The notes under the pieces were generated by a model, which was not told where the DNA came from, searched no databases, and was given only the letters and a program-made list of their open reading frames with translations. From Candidatus Wolframiiraptor sinensis (GTDB taxonomy: Archaea; Thermoproteota; Nitrososphaeria_A; Caldarchaeales; Wolframiiraptoraceae): a stretch of 64,000 nt of DNA. The position numbers were made by a program, and so were the translations under genes. Positions 10,034-19,654 of this stretch are shown here, one piece after another (the first letter of the stretch is position 1; every line of letters starts with the position of its first letter). Location of the stretch: the NCBI GenBank assembly GCA_023261815.1, contig JALNKA010000002.1, positions 68,340 through 132,339 of the forward strand, in the 5' to 3' direction.

Positions 10034-10996
10034 TTAGCCTTCCTCTTCTATAGCTATGGGCACTTCCAGCTCGAAGCTCCTGTATCCCCTCGTGATCATC
10101 AGCTTGATTCTGCCCTTGTCCATTGATTCCTCCAAAATTTTTCTGAGATCGCTGATGCTGCGGATGGCGTGGCCGTTTGCCCCGGTTATTACATCCCCCT
10201 CCCTGATGCCGTAGATGTGCGCTGGGCTTCCCTCGAAAACCCTGACGACCAGAAGCCCCTCGGAGACCCTTAAGGATAAATATCTGGCAATATGCTCTCT
10301 CAGCGGCATCGTTATCACGCCGATCCAGGGCCTTAATGCTCTGCCATATCTGGAGACCATCTCGATGAATCTCTTTATCGTGTTTATCGGTATAGCGAAG
10401 CCGATTCCCTGGGCGTATGGTATCATGGCCGTAGTCATGCCTATGACCTCGCCCCTCATGTTGAGGAGCGGCCCGCCGCTATTGCCGGGATTTATCGCCG
10501 CGCCCGTCTGGATCAAGTCCTCCAAGATGAAGCCGTCGCCCTCGATAGTTCTCCCGACGGCGCTCACGATGCCGAGGCTAACATTCGGCCCGGGAAGCCC
10601 GAGAGGACTCCCAATAGCTAAAACCAGCTCTCCAACTTTGACTTCATCGGAGTCGCCGAGCTTCAGAGGCTTGAGATCCGCACCTGGAACTCTCAGGAGT
10701 GCGACATCACGGGATGGCGATCTAGCCTCAATTCTTCCCTCAAGCCTCCTACCGCCGATCAACACCTCTATAGACCCGCTCTCGGAGACCACGTGATTAT
10801 TGGTCACGAGATGCCCGTCGTGGGAGATGGCGAAAGCCGATCCTACGCCTCTCACGGGGACAGGCCTGAGGAAGGCATCCACCCTTATCCCAGTCGCTAT
10901 AACGCTCACAACGCTATTCCACGCCCCCTCGACCAAGTTGCTTATCTCTTTTGAGATCTGCTCCAGCAGCTCTCCAGACTGAAAACCACACCTCAT
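10034..10996 (-). CDS. HtrA/DegP-family serine protease with PDZ domain
   Basis: TNNHVV, DVALL, INPGNSGGPL triad motifs, C-terminal PDZ (GSPA...GDVI). Confidence 0.93.
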   Translation of the reverse strand: MRCGFQSGELLEQISKEISNLVEGAWNSVVSVIATGIRVDAFLRPVPVRGVGSAFAISHDGHLVTNNHVVSESGSIEVLIGGRRLEGRIEARSPSRDVALLRVPGADLKPLKLGDSDEVKVGELVLAIGSPLGLPGPNVSLGIVSAVGRTIEGDGFILEDLIQTGAAINPGNSGGPLLNMRGEVIGMTTAMIPYAQGIGFAIPINTIKRFIEMVSRYGRALRPWIGVITMPLREHIARYLSLRVSEGLLVVRVFEGSPAHIYGIREGDVITGANGHAIRSISDLRKILEESMDKGRIKLMITRGYRSFELEVPIAIEEEG

Positions 10997-11066
10997 ACCG
11001 ATATGAGGTTAGGTGCCGTGAGTTAAAAATGATTTGCGGGCCGGCAATCATCTGCCCGGCCGATCA

Positions 11067-11471
11067 TCAGATGCTCGATGCTACTTGTTTGGCGAATATT
11101 GTTGGGCATACATTGCAGCGCGAGACATCAATCCTGGGATCAAGCCTCTTGTGATAGGAGCAGAAATACTTCATGGATAGAATGTAGGAGGTTATCTCGA
11201 TAATCTTTTCATGAATTTTGTCTTCGTCAAGCTCGCCCATGAATATTTTTGCGGCGAGATCTTCGATCATCCGCGTTACATCGCTGAATCTGGTAAGCTT
11301 CATGCCAGCCCCTCTCTCCGACCTGATATACCTCGTGATTGCCGAGCGTGATAGGCCGAGCTTTCTAGCGGCCTCAGCCTCCATCATCCCCATCTTGACA
11401 AGCTCTCTTGCCAAGTGCCGCCTCACGGAGGGCACCAGATACCTCGCGACCAGCTCAAATACGTCCCTCAT
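11067..11471 (-). CDS. HTH transcriptional regulator with C-terminal Cys/His metal motif
   Basis: EAARKLGLSRSAITRY HTH; CSYH...CNVC tail; starts 2 nt after the upstream stop. Confidence 0.85.
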   Translation of the reverse strand: MRDVFELVARYLVPSVRRHLARELVKMGMMEAEAARKLGLSRSAITRYIRSERGAGMKLTRFSDVTRMIEDLAAKIFMGELDEDKIHEKIIEITSYILSMKYFCSYHKRLDPRIDVSRCNVCPTIFAKQVASSI

Positions 11472-11473
11472 GG

Positions 11474-12796
11474 CTATAGCACTATGATCTTCTTCCTTAT
11501 TTCTTCTGGATTGTTTATCACATCTGTGAAGTCCTCGACTATCTCGACCGTTCCGAGGAGCTCGCCTTCTTCATTTTTCACTCCGACTATCAGGACCCTT
11601 ACTATCCTGTCGCCGATCCTCGTCCAGAACTCCCTGTAATCGGCCTTCCCCATCTTTATCTCGTCAACGACCTTCCTGACGGCGCCCTCGAGCCTCGGCG
11701 GATGACAGTACTCGAGTCTCCTCCCGATTATCGTCTTCGCCCTCACGAAGCGCTGGTGGAATACGCTCTCGGTGAAGAACTTGATCCTATCATCCTTATT
11801 GGCATATGTGATCTCGATTGGAAGTGCTCTGAAGAGTGCTTTAACTTCCTCGGGGCTTAGGAACCCTGTCCCGAGATCCAGATCTCCTTCCGAGCGGATT
11901 TCATAGGTGTCGGGCTGAAGGCTCTGCGAGAGGGCCATGATCCTGAACTCCTGCGGGAGCTTCTCGACCTGCTCCGGCGATATCCCGGCCTTCAGTTGAT
12001 GGGGCAGGATGGGCTCCGCCTCGCTTCTCCACCTCTCATCAACCTCAACTAGGTATCCGAGGTCCTCGGCTATCTCGGCTACCGCTGCCCACTCGCCCTC
12101 CGTTAGCAGGGCCCAGACGGCCGGAAAGAGTATCTTGTTCTCCCTGAAGACTAGGTCTGAGGTTTCATGGGCTATCTCGAGAGCTCTATTAGCCACCTCA
12201 TTCACTCGAGATCTATTGAACTCGGTCTCCAACTTGCCGATCGCGTCTAGGAGGCCTCGAAGCTTCACCCTCACTTGGTCCTCTCTACCCCACATCACCC
12301 TCGGAACAGCCACTATCCCCCTCCGCTCAAGATACGGGAACAACAGCATCTGGATCTTGCGATAGTGAAGCCTGATCTTCGCCAGCTCGAGAGCGGCTTG
12401 CTTCAAGCCCGCAAGAGCGCCTCTAGCCTCTTCATCGCTTCCAGCTTGCAGGATGGCGAAGGCATGTAGGCTCAGGGCATCCGCTTGCCTCACTATCCAC
12501 TCATTCTCCCTAATGAGAAGGTCGAGCGGGTGTCCCCTCGGAACTCCTTCGAGCTCCCTTGATCTGAGATGCTCCCTAAATAACTCGACATGAAGATCGC
12601 ACAGCCTCAGTATCTCATCTATCTTAATGCCCTCTCTAACTAGCTGCTGCTCGATCAGTGGTATCTCGAAAGGAGATACCTGAGAAAGGACATCGCCGAA
12701 CTCTCTTTTCAGCTTCTCAACACTCTCGCCAGCATGCAAAGCCTTCAAAATTCTCTTAATGGCCTCAATCTTATCAGGCGCGGATTTTGTTGACAC
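11474..12796 (-). CDS. DUF438 + hemerythrin-like + PAS domain protein
   Basis: EIPLIEQQL..LCDLHV (DUF438), GHPL..EN, HYRK..LFPYLE, ENKILFP (hemerythrin-like), IIGRRLEYCHPP (PAS). Confidence 0.88.
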   Translation of the reverse strand: MSTKSAPDKIEAIKRILKALHAGESVEKLKREFGDVLSQVSPFEIPLIEQQLVREGIKIDEILRLCDLHVELFREHLRSRELEGVPRGHPLDLLIRENEWIVRQADALSLHAFAILQAGSDEEARGALAGLKQAALELAKIRLHYRKIQMLLFPYLERRGIVAVPRVMWGREDQVRVKLRGLLDAIGKLETEFNRSRVNEVANRALEIAHETSDLVFRENKILFPAVWALLTEGEWAAVAEIAEDLGYLVEVDERWRSEAEPILPHQLKAGISPEQVEKLPQEFRIMALSQSLQPDTYEIRSEGDLDLGTGFLSPEEVKALFRALPIEITYANKDDRIKFFTESVFHQRFVRAKTIIGRRLEYCHPPRLEGAVRKVVDEIKMGKADYREFWTRIGDRIVRVLIVGVKNEEGELLGTVEIVEDFTDVINNPEEIRKKIIVL

Positions 12797-12956
12797 GCGT
12801 CAACACCTCATACAATTTCTCTTCTTACTTGCTAATAAACCTTATCTCGCGAAAAAGCCCTGCATAAGGCATCACACCGCAAAGAGACGATAAACAAATG
12901 TCTTGGATGATGTTGGGGTGCGGCGGGTCTGCCGGGGGAAATCATGTTTGGCGCCT

Positions 12957-13029
12957 CACATCCCTTCCATGAGAAGCGGAGATATTCGCATTTTATTGCT
13001 GAGGGATGTGGATGATGATCCTCGCCTGA
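12957..13029 (+). ncRNA. Candidate structured small RNA (long hairpin followed by C/D-like boxes)
   Basis: CACATCCCTT/GAGGGATGTG outer stem, GCGGA/TTCGC apical stem, then ATGATGA (13012) and CTGA (13026), in a ~250-nt non-coding gap. Confidence 0.35.
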
Positions 13030-13048
13030 AGTTTCTCGCGTTGCACGT

Positions 13049-13945
13049 TTAACGCGGGTAGACTTCCACGCCATTCGCGGGGTTTCGGCACTCCTTCTCG
13101 AACTCCTCCATCAGCCTTAGGGTTATTTTTCCGGCTCTACCATCCCCTATGATTCTTCCAGCAATCTTTGTTACCGGGAGGATCTCGGCTCCTGTTCCGG
13201 TCACGAATACCTCATCCGCCGTTATCAGCTCGAAGGGCGTTATCTCCCTTTCCTCGACCTGATATCCGAGCTTTCGGGCGAGCTTCATGGTGAAGGCCCT
13301 AGTTATCCCGGGCAGCATTCCAGTGGTCGGCGGCGGGGTTGCTATCACGCCGTTCTTGACCATGAATATATTCGTTGATGTTGTCTCGGCGACGAAGCCC
13401 CTCTCATCGAGCATGACCGCGTCATCGGCTCCTGCGCTTATCGCCTCGAGCTTCGCCAGAATGCTGTTCAAGTAGTTCAGGGATTTTATCTGATGCGTCG
13501 TCGCGTCAACCCTATCCCTCCTGACGGATGAGATTATCAGGGAGATCCCCCTCATCTTCGCCTCCCTGCTGTATAGTGTTAGAGCCGGCTCCGTGATGAT
13601 TATGACATTCGGGTTACTGCACTTCCTTGGATCTAGGCCGAGGTCTCCGATCCCGCGTGTAACCACGAGCCTTATGTATGCATCGCGCAGGCCATTTCTC
13701 CTCAGGGTCTCGACGACCGCCTCCACCATCTCATCTTTCGTCAATGGTATCTCGAGCATTATCGCCTTCGCCGAGTCGTATAGCCTATCGATGTGCTCTC
13801 TGAGCATGAAGACTACCCCATCGTATTCTCTTATCCCCTCGAAGACCCCGTCTCCGTAGAGGAATCCGTGATCGTAGACCGAGATCATGGCCCTGCTCTT
13901 GGGGTAATATTCCCCGTTAATGTAGACGAGAAGCTCGCCGCTCAT
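13049..13945 (-). CDS. ilvE: Branched-chain amino acid aminotransferase
   Basis: DHGFLYGDGVFEG, IKSLNY (PLP Lys), LPGITR, EVFVTGT. Confidence 0.95.
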   Translation of the reverse strand: MSGELLVYINGEYYPKSRAMISVYDHGFLYGDGVFEGIREYDGVVFMLREHIDRLYDSAKAIMLEIPLTKDEMVEAVVETLRRNGLRDAYIRLVVTRGIGDLGLDPRKCSNPNVIIITEPALTLYSREAKMRGISLIISSVRRDRVDATTHQIKSLNYLNSILAKLEAISAGADDAVMLDERGFVAETTSTNIFMVKNGVIATPPPTTGMLPGITRAFTMKLARKLGYQVEEREITPFELITADEVFVTGTGAEILPVTKIAGRIIGDGRAGKITLRLMEEFEKECRNPANGVEVYPR

Positions 13946-14051
13946 GGCTTCTCTCAGCTTATAGTTTCCAGAAGATAAAAGTTCCGGCTGGGGGAGAGCG
14001 CCTCAGCTAAACAATTATAGCGGGTGGGGCGATTGAGATTCCGGGATCCTG

Positions 14052-14486
14052 ATGGTGGAGGAGCACTACGCGCTCGACCCGGTTGATCTCAAGATAATAG
14101 AACTCCTGAGGAGGGATGGGAGAATGCCCTTCGTGGAGCTGGGGAAGAGGATCGGCTTATCCGAGGCGGCGGTTAGGCGGAGGGTGAAGATGCTCCAAGA
14201 GCGTGGGATACTCAGGAAGTTCACGATAGAGGTTGATGAGGGCTTTCAGGTGAGCGCGGTTATCTTCCTCCAGTTCGAGTCGAGCAGACTTCCGGGAGAG
14301 ATAGTCGAGAAGATAGCGAAGGTGCCGGGCGTCCGGACGATCTACGAGCTGACCGGGAGATTCGACGCCATAGTGATAATCTCGGCATCCAAGATCTCGG
14401 AGCTTAATGAAAGAATAGACAGGATAAGAGCAATAGAGGGCGTGAGGAGCACGGAGACGGCGGTGGTTCTAAGGATCATAAGCTAG
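14052..14486 (+). CDS. Lrp/AsnC family transcriptional regulator
   Basis: LDPVDLKII..DGRMPF..IGLSEAAVRRRV HTH, TGRFD RAM domain. Confidence 0.93.
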   Translation: MVEEHYALDPVDLKIIELLRRDGRMPFVELGKRIGLSEAAVRRRVKMLQERGILRKFTIEVDEGFQVSAVIFLQFESSRLPGEIVEKIAKVPGVRTIYELTGRFDAIVIISASKISELNERIDRIRAIEGVRSTETAVVLRIIS

Positions 14487-14538
14487 GGAGATAACGCTAT
14501 AAACCGCCTCGGGCGGAATCTTCCCGGAGAAGGATCGC

Positions 14539-15676
14539 ATGGTAATATACGAGGAGCGCTGGGATCTCGGCAGGCTCGTGACATTCGTCCCGAACAAGAG
14601 GACGCCGATCTACAACTGGTTTTTTCTTTAAGGAAGGCTTCTCCCGGGAATTCGTCCACATGATGCTCCGGGAGTTCGATGCCGGTCCGGGCTCAATTAT
14701 CCTAGACCCGTTCCTAGGCTCGGGCACAACCCTACTGGCTTGCAAAGAGCTCGGCGTGGACGGCGTGGGCATCGACGTGGCCCCGCTCGCAGTCTTCGTG
14801 AGCAAAGTCAAGATAGCGGACTATGATCTGGAGGAGCTTAAGAGGGCCGCGAGCTGGCTCCTAAGCCAGCCATTCCAGAGGCCGGATCTCTCGGGCGTGA
14901 GCGGTTTCGTCAAGCAGTTCTTCCTAAAGCCATCGCTCGAGGACATAATCTTCTTCAGGGAGAAGATTCGCGAGATCGAGAACCCCCTCGTCAGGAACTT
15001 CTTCACTCTGGCCCTCATGAACGCGGCGATGAAGGTTTCTCTCGCCTACAAGGATGGAGCGGTTTTAAAAGTGGTGAGGGATAAGCCTGTCCCACCCTTC
15101 AGGAAGTTCTTCAAGAGAATGGTCAAGAAGATGATAGGAGATTTGACGAGGCTGAGCTTCAAGCCATGCAGGCTGGAGGTGCATCTCGGCGACGCGAGGA
15201 AGATGGACTTCCTAGAAGATGAGATGTTCGACGCGATAATAACCTCGCCGCCATACCTCAACAAGATCGAGTACACGAAAGTTTACAGGATCGAGTACGA
15301 GCTCTTTTTCGGCGACGTGAAGATAGATCCCATCAGGTCCTATCTCGGGCTGAATCCGAAGAACGTCGTGGACCAGTTTCCGGAGCTGAATCTTCCGGAG
15401 ATCGCGAAAGCATACTTCCACGATATGAGGCTCTGCCTCGAGGAGATGTTCAGGGTCCTGAAGCCCGGCGGCAGGGTCGCGCTGGTCGTCGCCGGAGGAG
15501 CCTTCCCGGATAGGGTTGTCGAGTCGGATAAGCTCATCATGAAGCTCGCCGAGATCGTCGGGTTCGAGCCGGAGAGGCTGATCGCCGTGAACAAGAGGGT
15601 TGCGACAACACGGAGGGTGATAAAAATCGGAGAAGCGAGGGAGAGCATACTGATATTCTCGAAGCCGGCCCCCTAG
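14539..15676 (+). pseudogene. Orphan amino-methyltransferase (N4-C/N6-A type, motif I before motif IV) with a +1 frameshift at 14620..14631
   Basis: ILDPFLGSGTT, IITSPPY, RVLKPGG; the N-terminal VTFVPNKRTPIYNWF frame stops at CTT-TAA and KEGFS continues in the +1 frame. Confidence 0.85.
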
Positions 15677-15719
15677 GATTCGGCAATTATCATATTCCTG
15701 CGCATAATCCTTAAGCGGC

Positions 15720-16619
15720 ATGCGGATAGTGAGCTACGACTTCGGCGATGAGCAGGATTACGGCTTCCTTCTTCCAGGAAATAGCGTGATACCGAGATAC
15801 TTTGTCGAGGGAGTTCTCGGCGTGAGCTTACCGAGGGATGTTAAGGCGTTTCTGCCGGACAGGGAGCTAGTGGAGCTCATAAAGTCGATCATAGACAAGA
15901 TTCCCGTGGAGGCGATATCATTGGAGGAGCTTCATCTGGGCCCGCCGATACCAAACCCAGGCAAGATAATCTGCCTCGGCTTGAATTATCTCGACCACGC
16001 GGAGGAGGCGGGCCTCGAGCCACCCGAGGGAATGCCCATATTCATGAAGCCCGCGACAGCGCTCACGGGGCCATTCGACCCCATCATAAAGCCGAGGCGC
16101 GTCGAGAAGCTGGACTACGAGGTTGAGCTCGCAGTGGTGATCGCCAGCAGATGCAGAGACATCGAGCCCGAGGAGGCATACGAGAACATTTTCGGCTACA
16201 TGATCATGAACGATGTATCGGCTAGAGACATACAGTTCAGGGATGGCCAGTGGACTCGCGGGAAGATCATGGATACGTTCGCGCCGACCGGCCCATGCCT
16301 GGTTTCCAAGGAGGAGGTGGAAGACCCCCACAACCTCAGGATGCTCACGATCGTTAATGGAGAGATAAGGCAGAACTCCTCCACGTCCAAAATGATAAGG
16401 AAGATACCAGAGATAGTCTCGATCCTGAGCCAGGGAATGACCTTCGAGCCGGGGGACATAATAGCTACGGGGACGCCGGCGGGCGTCGGGATATTCCATA
16501 AGCCGGAGCCTAAGCTCCTACAACCAGGAGACGCCGTCGAGATGTGGATCGAGAAGATCGGAACTATGAGAAACCACGTGATCTCGGCTGAATGGGCTTC
16601 ACACCTTCCACGCAACTAA
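15720..16619 (+). CDS. Fumarylacetoacetate hydrolase family protein
   Basis: KIICLGLNY, DYEVEL, NDVSARD, GDIIATGTPAGVG. Confidence 0.93.
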   Translation: MRIVSYDFGDEQDYGFLLPGNSVIPRYFVEGVLGVSLPRDVKAFLPDRELVELIKSIIDKIPVEAISLEELHLGPPIPNPGKIICLGLNYLDHAEEAGLEPPEGMPIFMKPATALTGPFDPIIKPRRVEKLDYEVELAVVIASRCRDIEPEEAYENIFGYMIMNDVSARDIQFRDGQWTRGKIMDTFAPTGPCLVSKEEVEDPHNLRMLTIVNGEIRQNSSTSKMIRKIPEIVSILSQGMTFEPGDIIATGTPAGVGIFHKPEPKLLQPGDAVEMWIEKIGTMRNHVISAEWASHLPRN

Positions 16620-16674
16620 TTAGGAGGGAAAAACTATAAGCTCGGAGGAGCCGCGTTTCTAGGCGACTCCTGGG

Positions 16675-17826
16675 ATGAGCTCCCGAAGATTTGACGTGAT
16701 AGTTGTTGGCGGGGGGCCTGCTGGCGTTGCGGCGGCGAAGGCTTCAGCTAAAACCGGCGCAAAGACGCTTCTACTGGAGAGGAATCCGGCGATAATGGCC
16801 GTGAAGCCATGCGGTCAAGCCGTCAGCGCGCACACTTTCGAGACCGCCGGGGTTAAGCCGACGTCATCCATGATATTGAATCGCGTGAGCGCAAGGGTGT
16901 ATGCGCCGAATGGCAGGAGCGTTAAGATCCCCGAGACCGGATACCTGATAAACAAGACCCTGCTTCTCCAAGAGATCGCGGCCCAGGCAGCGGAATATGG
17001 AGCCGAGATTCACGTAAATGAGCCATTTATCAGCTTTGCTAGAAGAGGGGATATTTTGATCGTGAAGACGCCCAAAGCCGAATACGAGTGCTCGGCATTG
17101 ATAGGCGCGGATGGATACAATTCTAGGGTCGCGAGAACCCTCGGCGTCAATGAGAGATCAGAGCCGATTCCGACGCTCCAGTACCTCATGGCCGGATCGA
17201 GACTCGAGAGCATTGACGAGATCAGGATCTATGTCGGGAATGAAATAGCTCCTCGAGGATATGCCTGGCTTTTCCCCTTCAGCGATAGAATAGCTGAGAT
17301 TGGCCTCGGGGTTAGAGGCGCGCCCCTCAAGCCATACATGGATAGAGTTCTCAGGATGCTAAAAAGCGAGCTCGGGTCAGCCCAGGTGATAGATAATCGC
17401 GGCGCGCCCGTTCCCGTCGGCGGCGTGATAAGCAAATACATCTTCGATCACGTGATCTTAATCGGCGATGCCGCGGGAATGGTCATACCGATGACCGGCG
17501 GGGGAATACACTCCTCGATAGCCGCGGGGATTGCCGCCGGAGAAGTGGTGGGGGAAGCCTCTCAGGAAGGAGAGGCATCGGAGAAGAGGCTCAGGAGTTT
17601 TGACGAGAAGTATAGGCCGTGGCTTGAGAGGATAAGAAGGAGCCTCCGAGTGCTGAGAGTCATCGAGGGATTAAGCGACGAGGATCTAAACGAGCTCGCA
17701 GAGATACTCGATGACGAGGATATAGTGGATCTCGCGAACGGCCTTAACGTGGGGAGGGTTGCGAGGAAGCTCCTAAGCCACCCGAGGCTCGCCGTGAAGC
17801 TGGCGAGGCAGCTTCTCAGCATCTAG
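16675..17826 (+). CDS. Geranylgeranyl reductase family flavoprotein
   Basis: GGGPAG, KPCG, IGADG, PRGYAWLFP, IGDAAG..TGGGI. Confidence 0.9.
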   Translation: MSSRRFDVIVVGGGPAGVAAAKASAKTGAKTLLLERNPAIMAVKPCGQAVSAHTFETAGVKPTSSMILNRVSARVYAPNGRSVKIPETGYLINKTLLLQEIAAQAAEYGAEIHVNEPFISFARRGDILIVKTPKAEYECSALIGADGYNSRVARTLGVNERSEPIPTLQYLMAGSRLESIDEIRIYVGNEIAPRGYAWLFPFSDRIAEIGLGVRGAPLKPYMDRVLRMLKSELGSAQVIDNRGAPVPVGGVISKYIFDHVILIGDAAGMVIPMTGGGIHSSIAAGIAAGEVVGEASQEGEASEKRLRSFDEKYRPWLERIRRSLRVLRVIEGLSDEDLNELAEILDDEDIVDLANGLNVGRVARKLLSHPRLAVKLARQLLSI

Positions 17827-18923
17827 CGGCGCACCCCGAATATGGATGATGCTTGAAAATCCATGTCGCCCATCCTCGAGAAGTAGAAGCACCCGATTCT
17901 CGATGTCGCGAGAATTACTAGAAGATCGAGGAGAGGAGAGCTTATTTTCCCGATCAGCCTCCGGAGGAGCGCTATTCTCTTAAGCTCTCCGATGATCCAG
18001 GCGGCCTCGGCGAGGGACTTCTCCGGCGATTCGCCTCTGAGGCTCATCGCGATGGCAGATGCGATCTTCGCCGCGATTAGCCCGCCCATTACAACCCCGC
18101 CGCCCGTCGTCGCCTTCACGTGGCCCGCGGCATCACCGACCGGAATAAACCTCGTCGGAAACAGCCTCGTGCTATCAATGGGATAGCCCGTGTAAATTAC
18201 GTGAGAAGATGAATTGAGGCGGCGCGCGCTCGGAAACTCTTCTCTCAGAAATCTATCCAGTAGCTTTCTCAATCCGGGAATCCTGGACGCGATGCCGAGC
18301 TTGCCCAGATGATCATTGATGGGTATTAGGTAGGCGAAGAAGTCCGGGAGATAATCCTTCAGGTATATGTACGCGAATCTCGGGTCGAGCCCGTGATCTT
18401 CCACGATGAGCTGGATTATCGGGATCCATCTCCTCGACTCGGCTCCGGCTCCCAGAAATCTTCTCATTAAGGCCGCTCCAGCTCCCTCGGCATCCACCAC
18501 CCAACATGCTCGATAAACTCCCTCGCTTGTGATTATTCGAAAGCATTCTCCATCTCTCTCGACATTCCTTACTCTGGCCCCGCGGATTATCTCGGCTCCA
18601 GCTCTCTCAGCCTGCCTCGCGATCTCCGCGTCAAAAAGCCTCCTGCTAACGACCGCCGCCATGGGCCTGCCGGCATCAAGAACTCTCCAGAAACCCGTGG
18701 AGCTCTTTATCGCCGCCCCTCTCACGACATTCTGCAGATATACTCCATTAGCCGGGAGCATCAGCCTCTCGAGTCCTGAGAGGCTTATGAGGCCCGCGCA
18801 TCTCTCCGGCTCACCTATTTCCACGTGCTCCTCGAACACCATCACCTCGGCGCCCGCCCTCGCCGCCTCCCGAGCAGCTATCAAGCCCGCTGGCCCTCCC
18901 CCGACCACGGCCATCTCAATCAT
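17823..18923 (-). CDS. Geranylgeranyl reductase family flavoprotein (divergent paralogue)
   Basis: GGGPAG, PERCAGL, DAEG, FFAYLIP, VGDAAGHVKATTGGG. Confidence 0.88.
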   Translation of the reverse strand: MIEMAVVGGGPAGLIAAREAARAGAEVMVFEEHVEIGEPERCAGLISLSGLERLMLPANGVYLQNVVRGAAIKSSTGFWRVLDAGRPMAAVVSRRLFDAEIARQAERAGAEIIRGARVRNVERDGECFRIITSEGVYRACWVVDAEGAGAALMRRFLGAGAESRRWIPIIQLIVEDHGLDPRFAYIYLKDYLPDFFAYLIPINDHLGKLGIASRIPGLRKLLDRFLREEFPSARRLNSSSHVIYTGYPIDSTRLFPTRFIPVGDAAGHVKATTGGGVVMGGLIAAKIASAIAMSLRGESPEKSLAEAAWIIGELKRIALLRRLIGKISSPLLDLLVILATSRIGCFYFSRMGDMDFQASSIFGVRR

Positions 18924-19254
18924 TTTTCAGAACCTCTCGTCGGGATACCATTTTATGGGCCTTACTCATGTCTGTTGTGATTATTGAGTCATCCCTCTGT
19001 CTCTACCTCGCATGGATACTCTATCCTCTATCCTAAGATCCTTTCCTGGCTCGACTATTATCCCCTGGAAGTATTTTAGGTAGGGAGATATAATCCAGTA
19101 GAACTCCAATATTTCTAACCCCTCATAATACTCGCCACTCTAACATCACCAATCCCGCATCCATAACATAAAAACGTTCATTTACCCCCCATGTTCACTT
19201 TCATCATACTCCCAAACTCTTAAGCCTCTGTGAGAATATTTTTCCTGCGATGCG

Positions 19255-19654
19255 GTGATGATTAGAATGATTTTCATCAACATGACGTGGAACTCCAAAC
19301 CGCGTACATGCTACGATCCAGATGGAGTTAGGCTCTTTGAGGTAAATGATCTCAGGAGGCTCATAAAGGAATATGACGAAGTTTACCTTGGTGGTTCGCT
19401 CTTTCCGAATGCGATACCTCAGCTGAGGGCGCTGATAGACAATGGCGCAAACTCATCTTACTTTAACAGGTCGTGGACGTGGAAAAGATGGTGTAATAAG
19501 TATGCTGATGCACTAAGGAGCGTATTAAAAAAAGAGATTGCTTAGAAATTCTGAAGGCTTGCAATCAATTTGCGATGCAGTCAATGCTGATGGAGGAGGT
19601 AGGATAAAGGCCCTGATGAGACCTGTAGTCGATATTTTAGGGCTCCCCTCGTAG
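19255..19654 (+). pseudogene. Degraded foreign-looking gene fragment, possibly a mobile-element relic
   Basis: 96-codon ORF in an AT-richer gap; an open +1 frame continues from the A7 run (19527..19533) to TAG 19654; no intact catalytic motif recognised. Confidence 0.35.

Noticed and set aside
10490-10515. HtrA QTGAAIN instead of QTDAAIN as a sign of inactivation
   Set aside because: The catalytic triad is intact; a single substitution is not enough evidence
19605-19650. Hammerhead-like CTGATGA-GAC-loop-GTC-GATA
   Set aside because: Core reads GATA instead of GAAA, and stems I and III cannot both be formed
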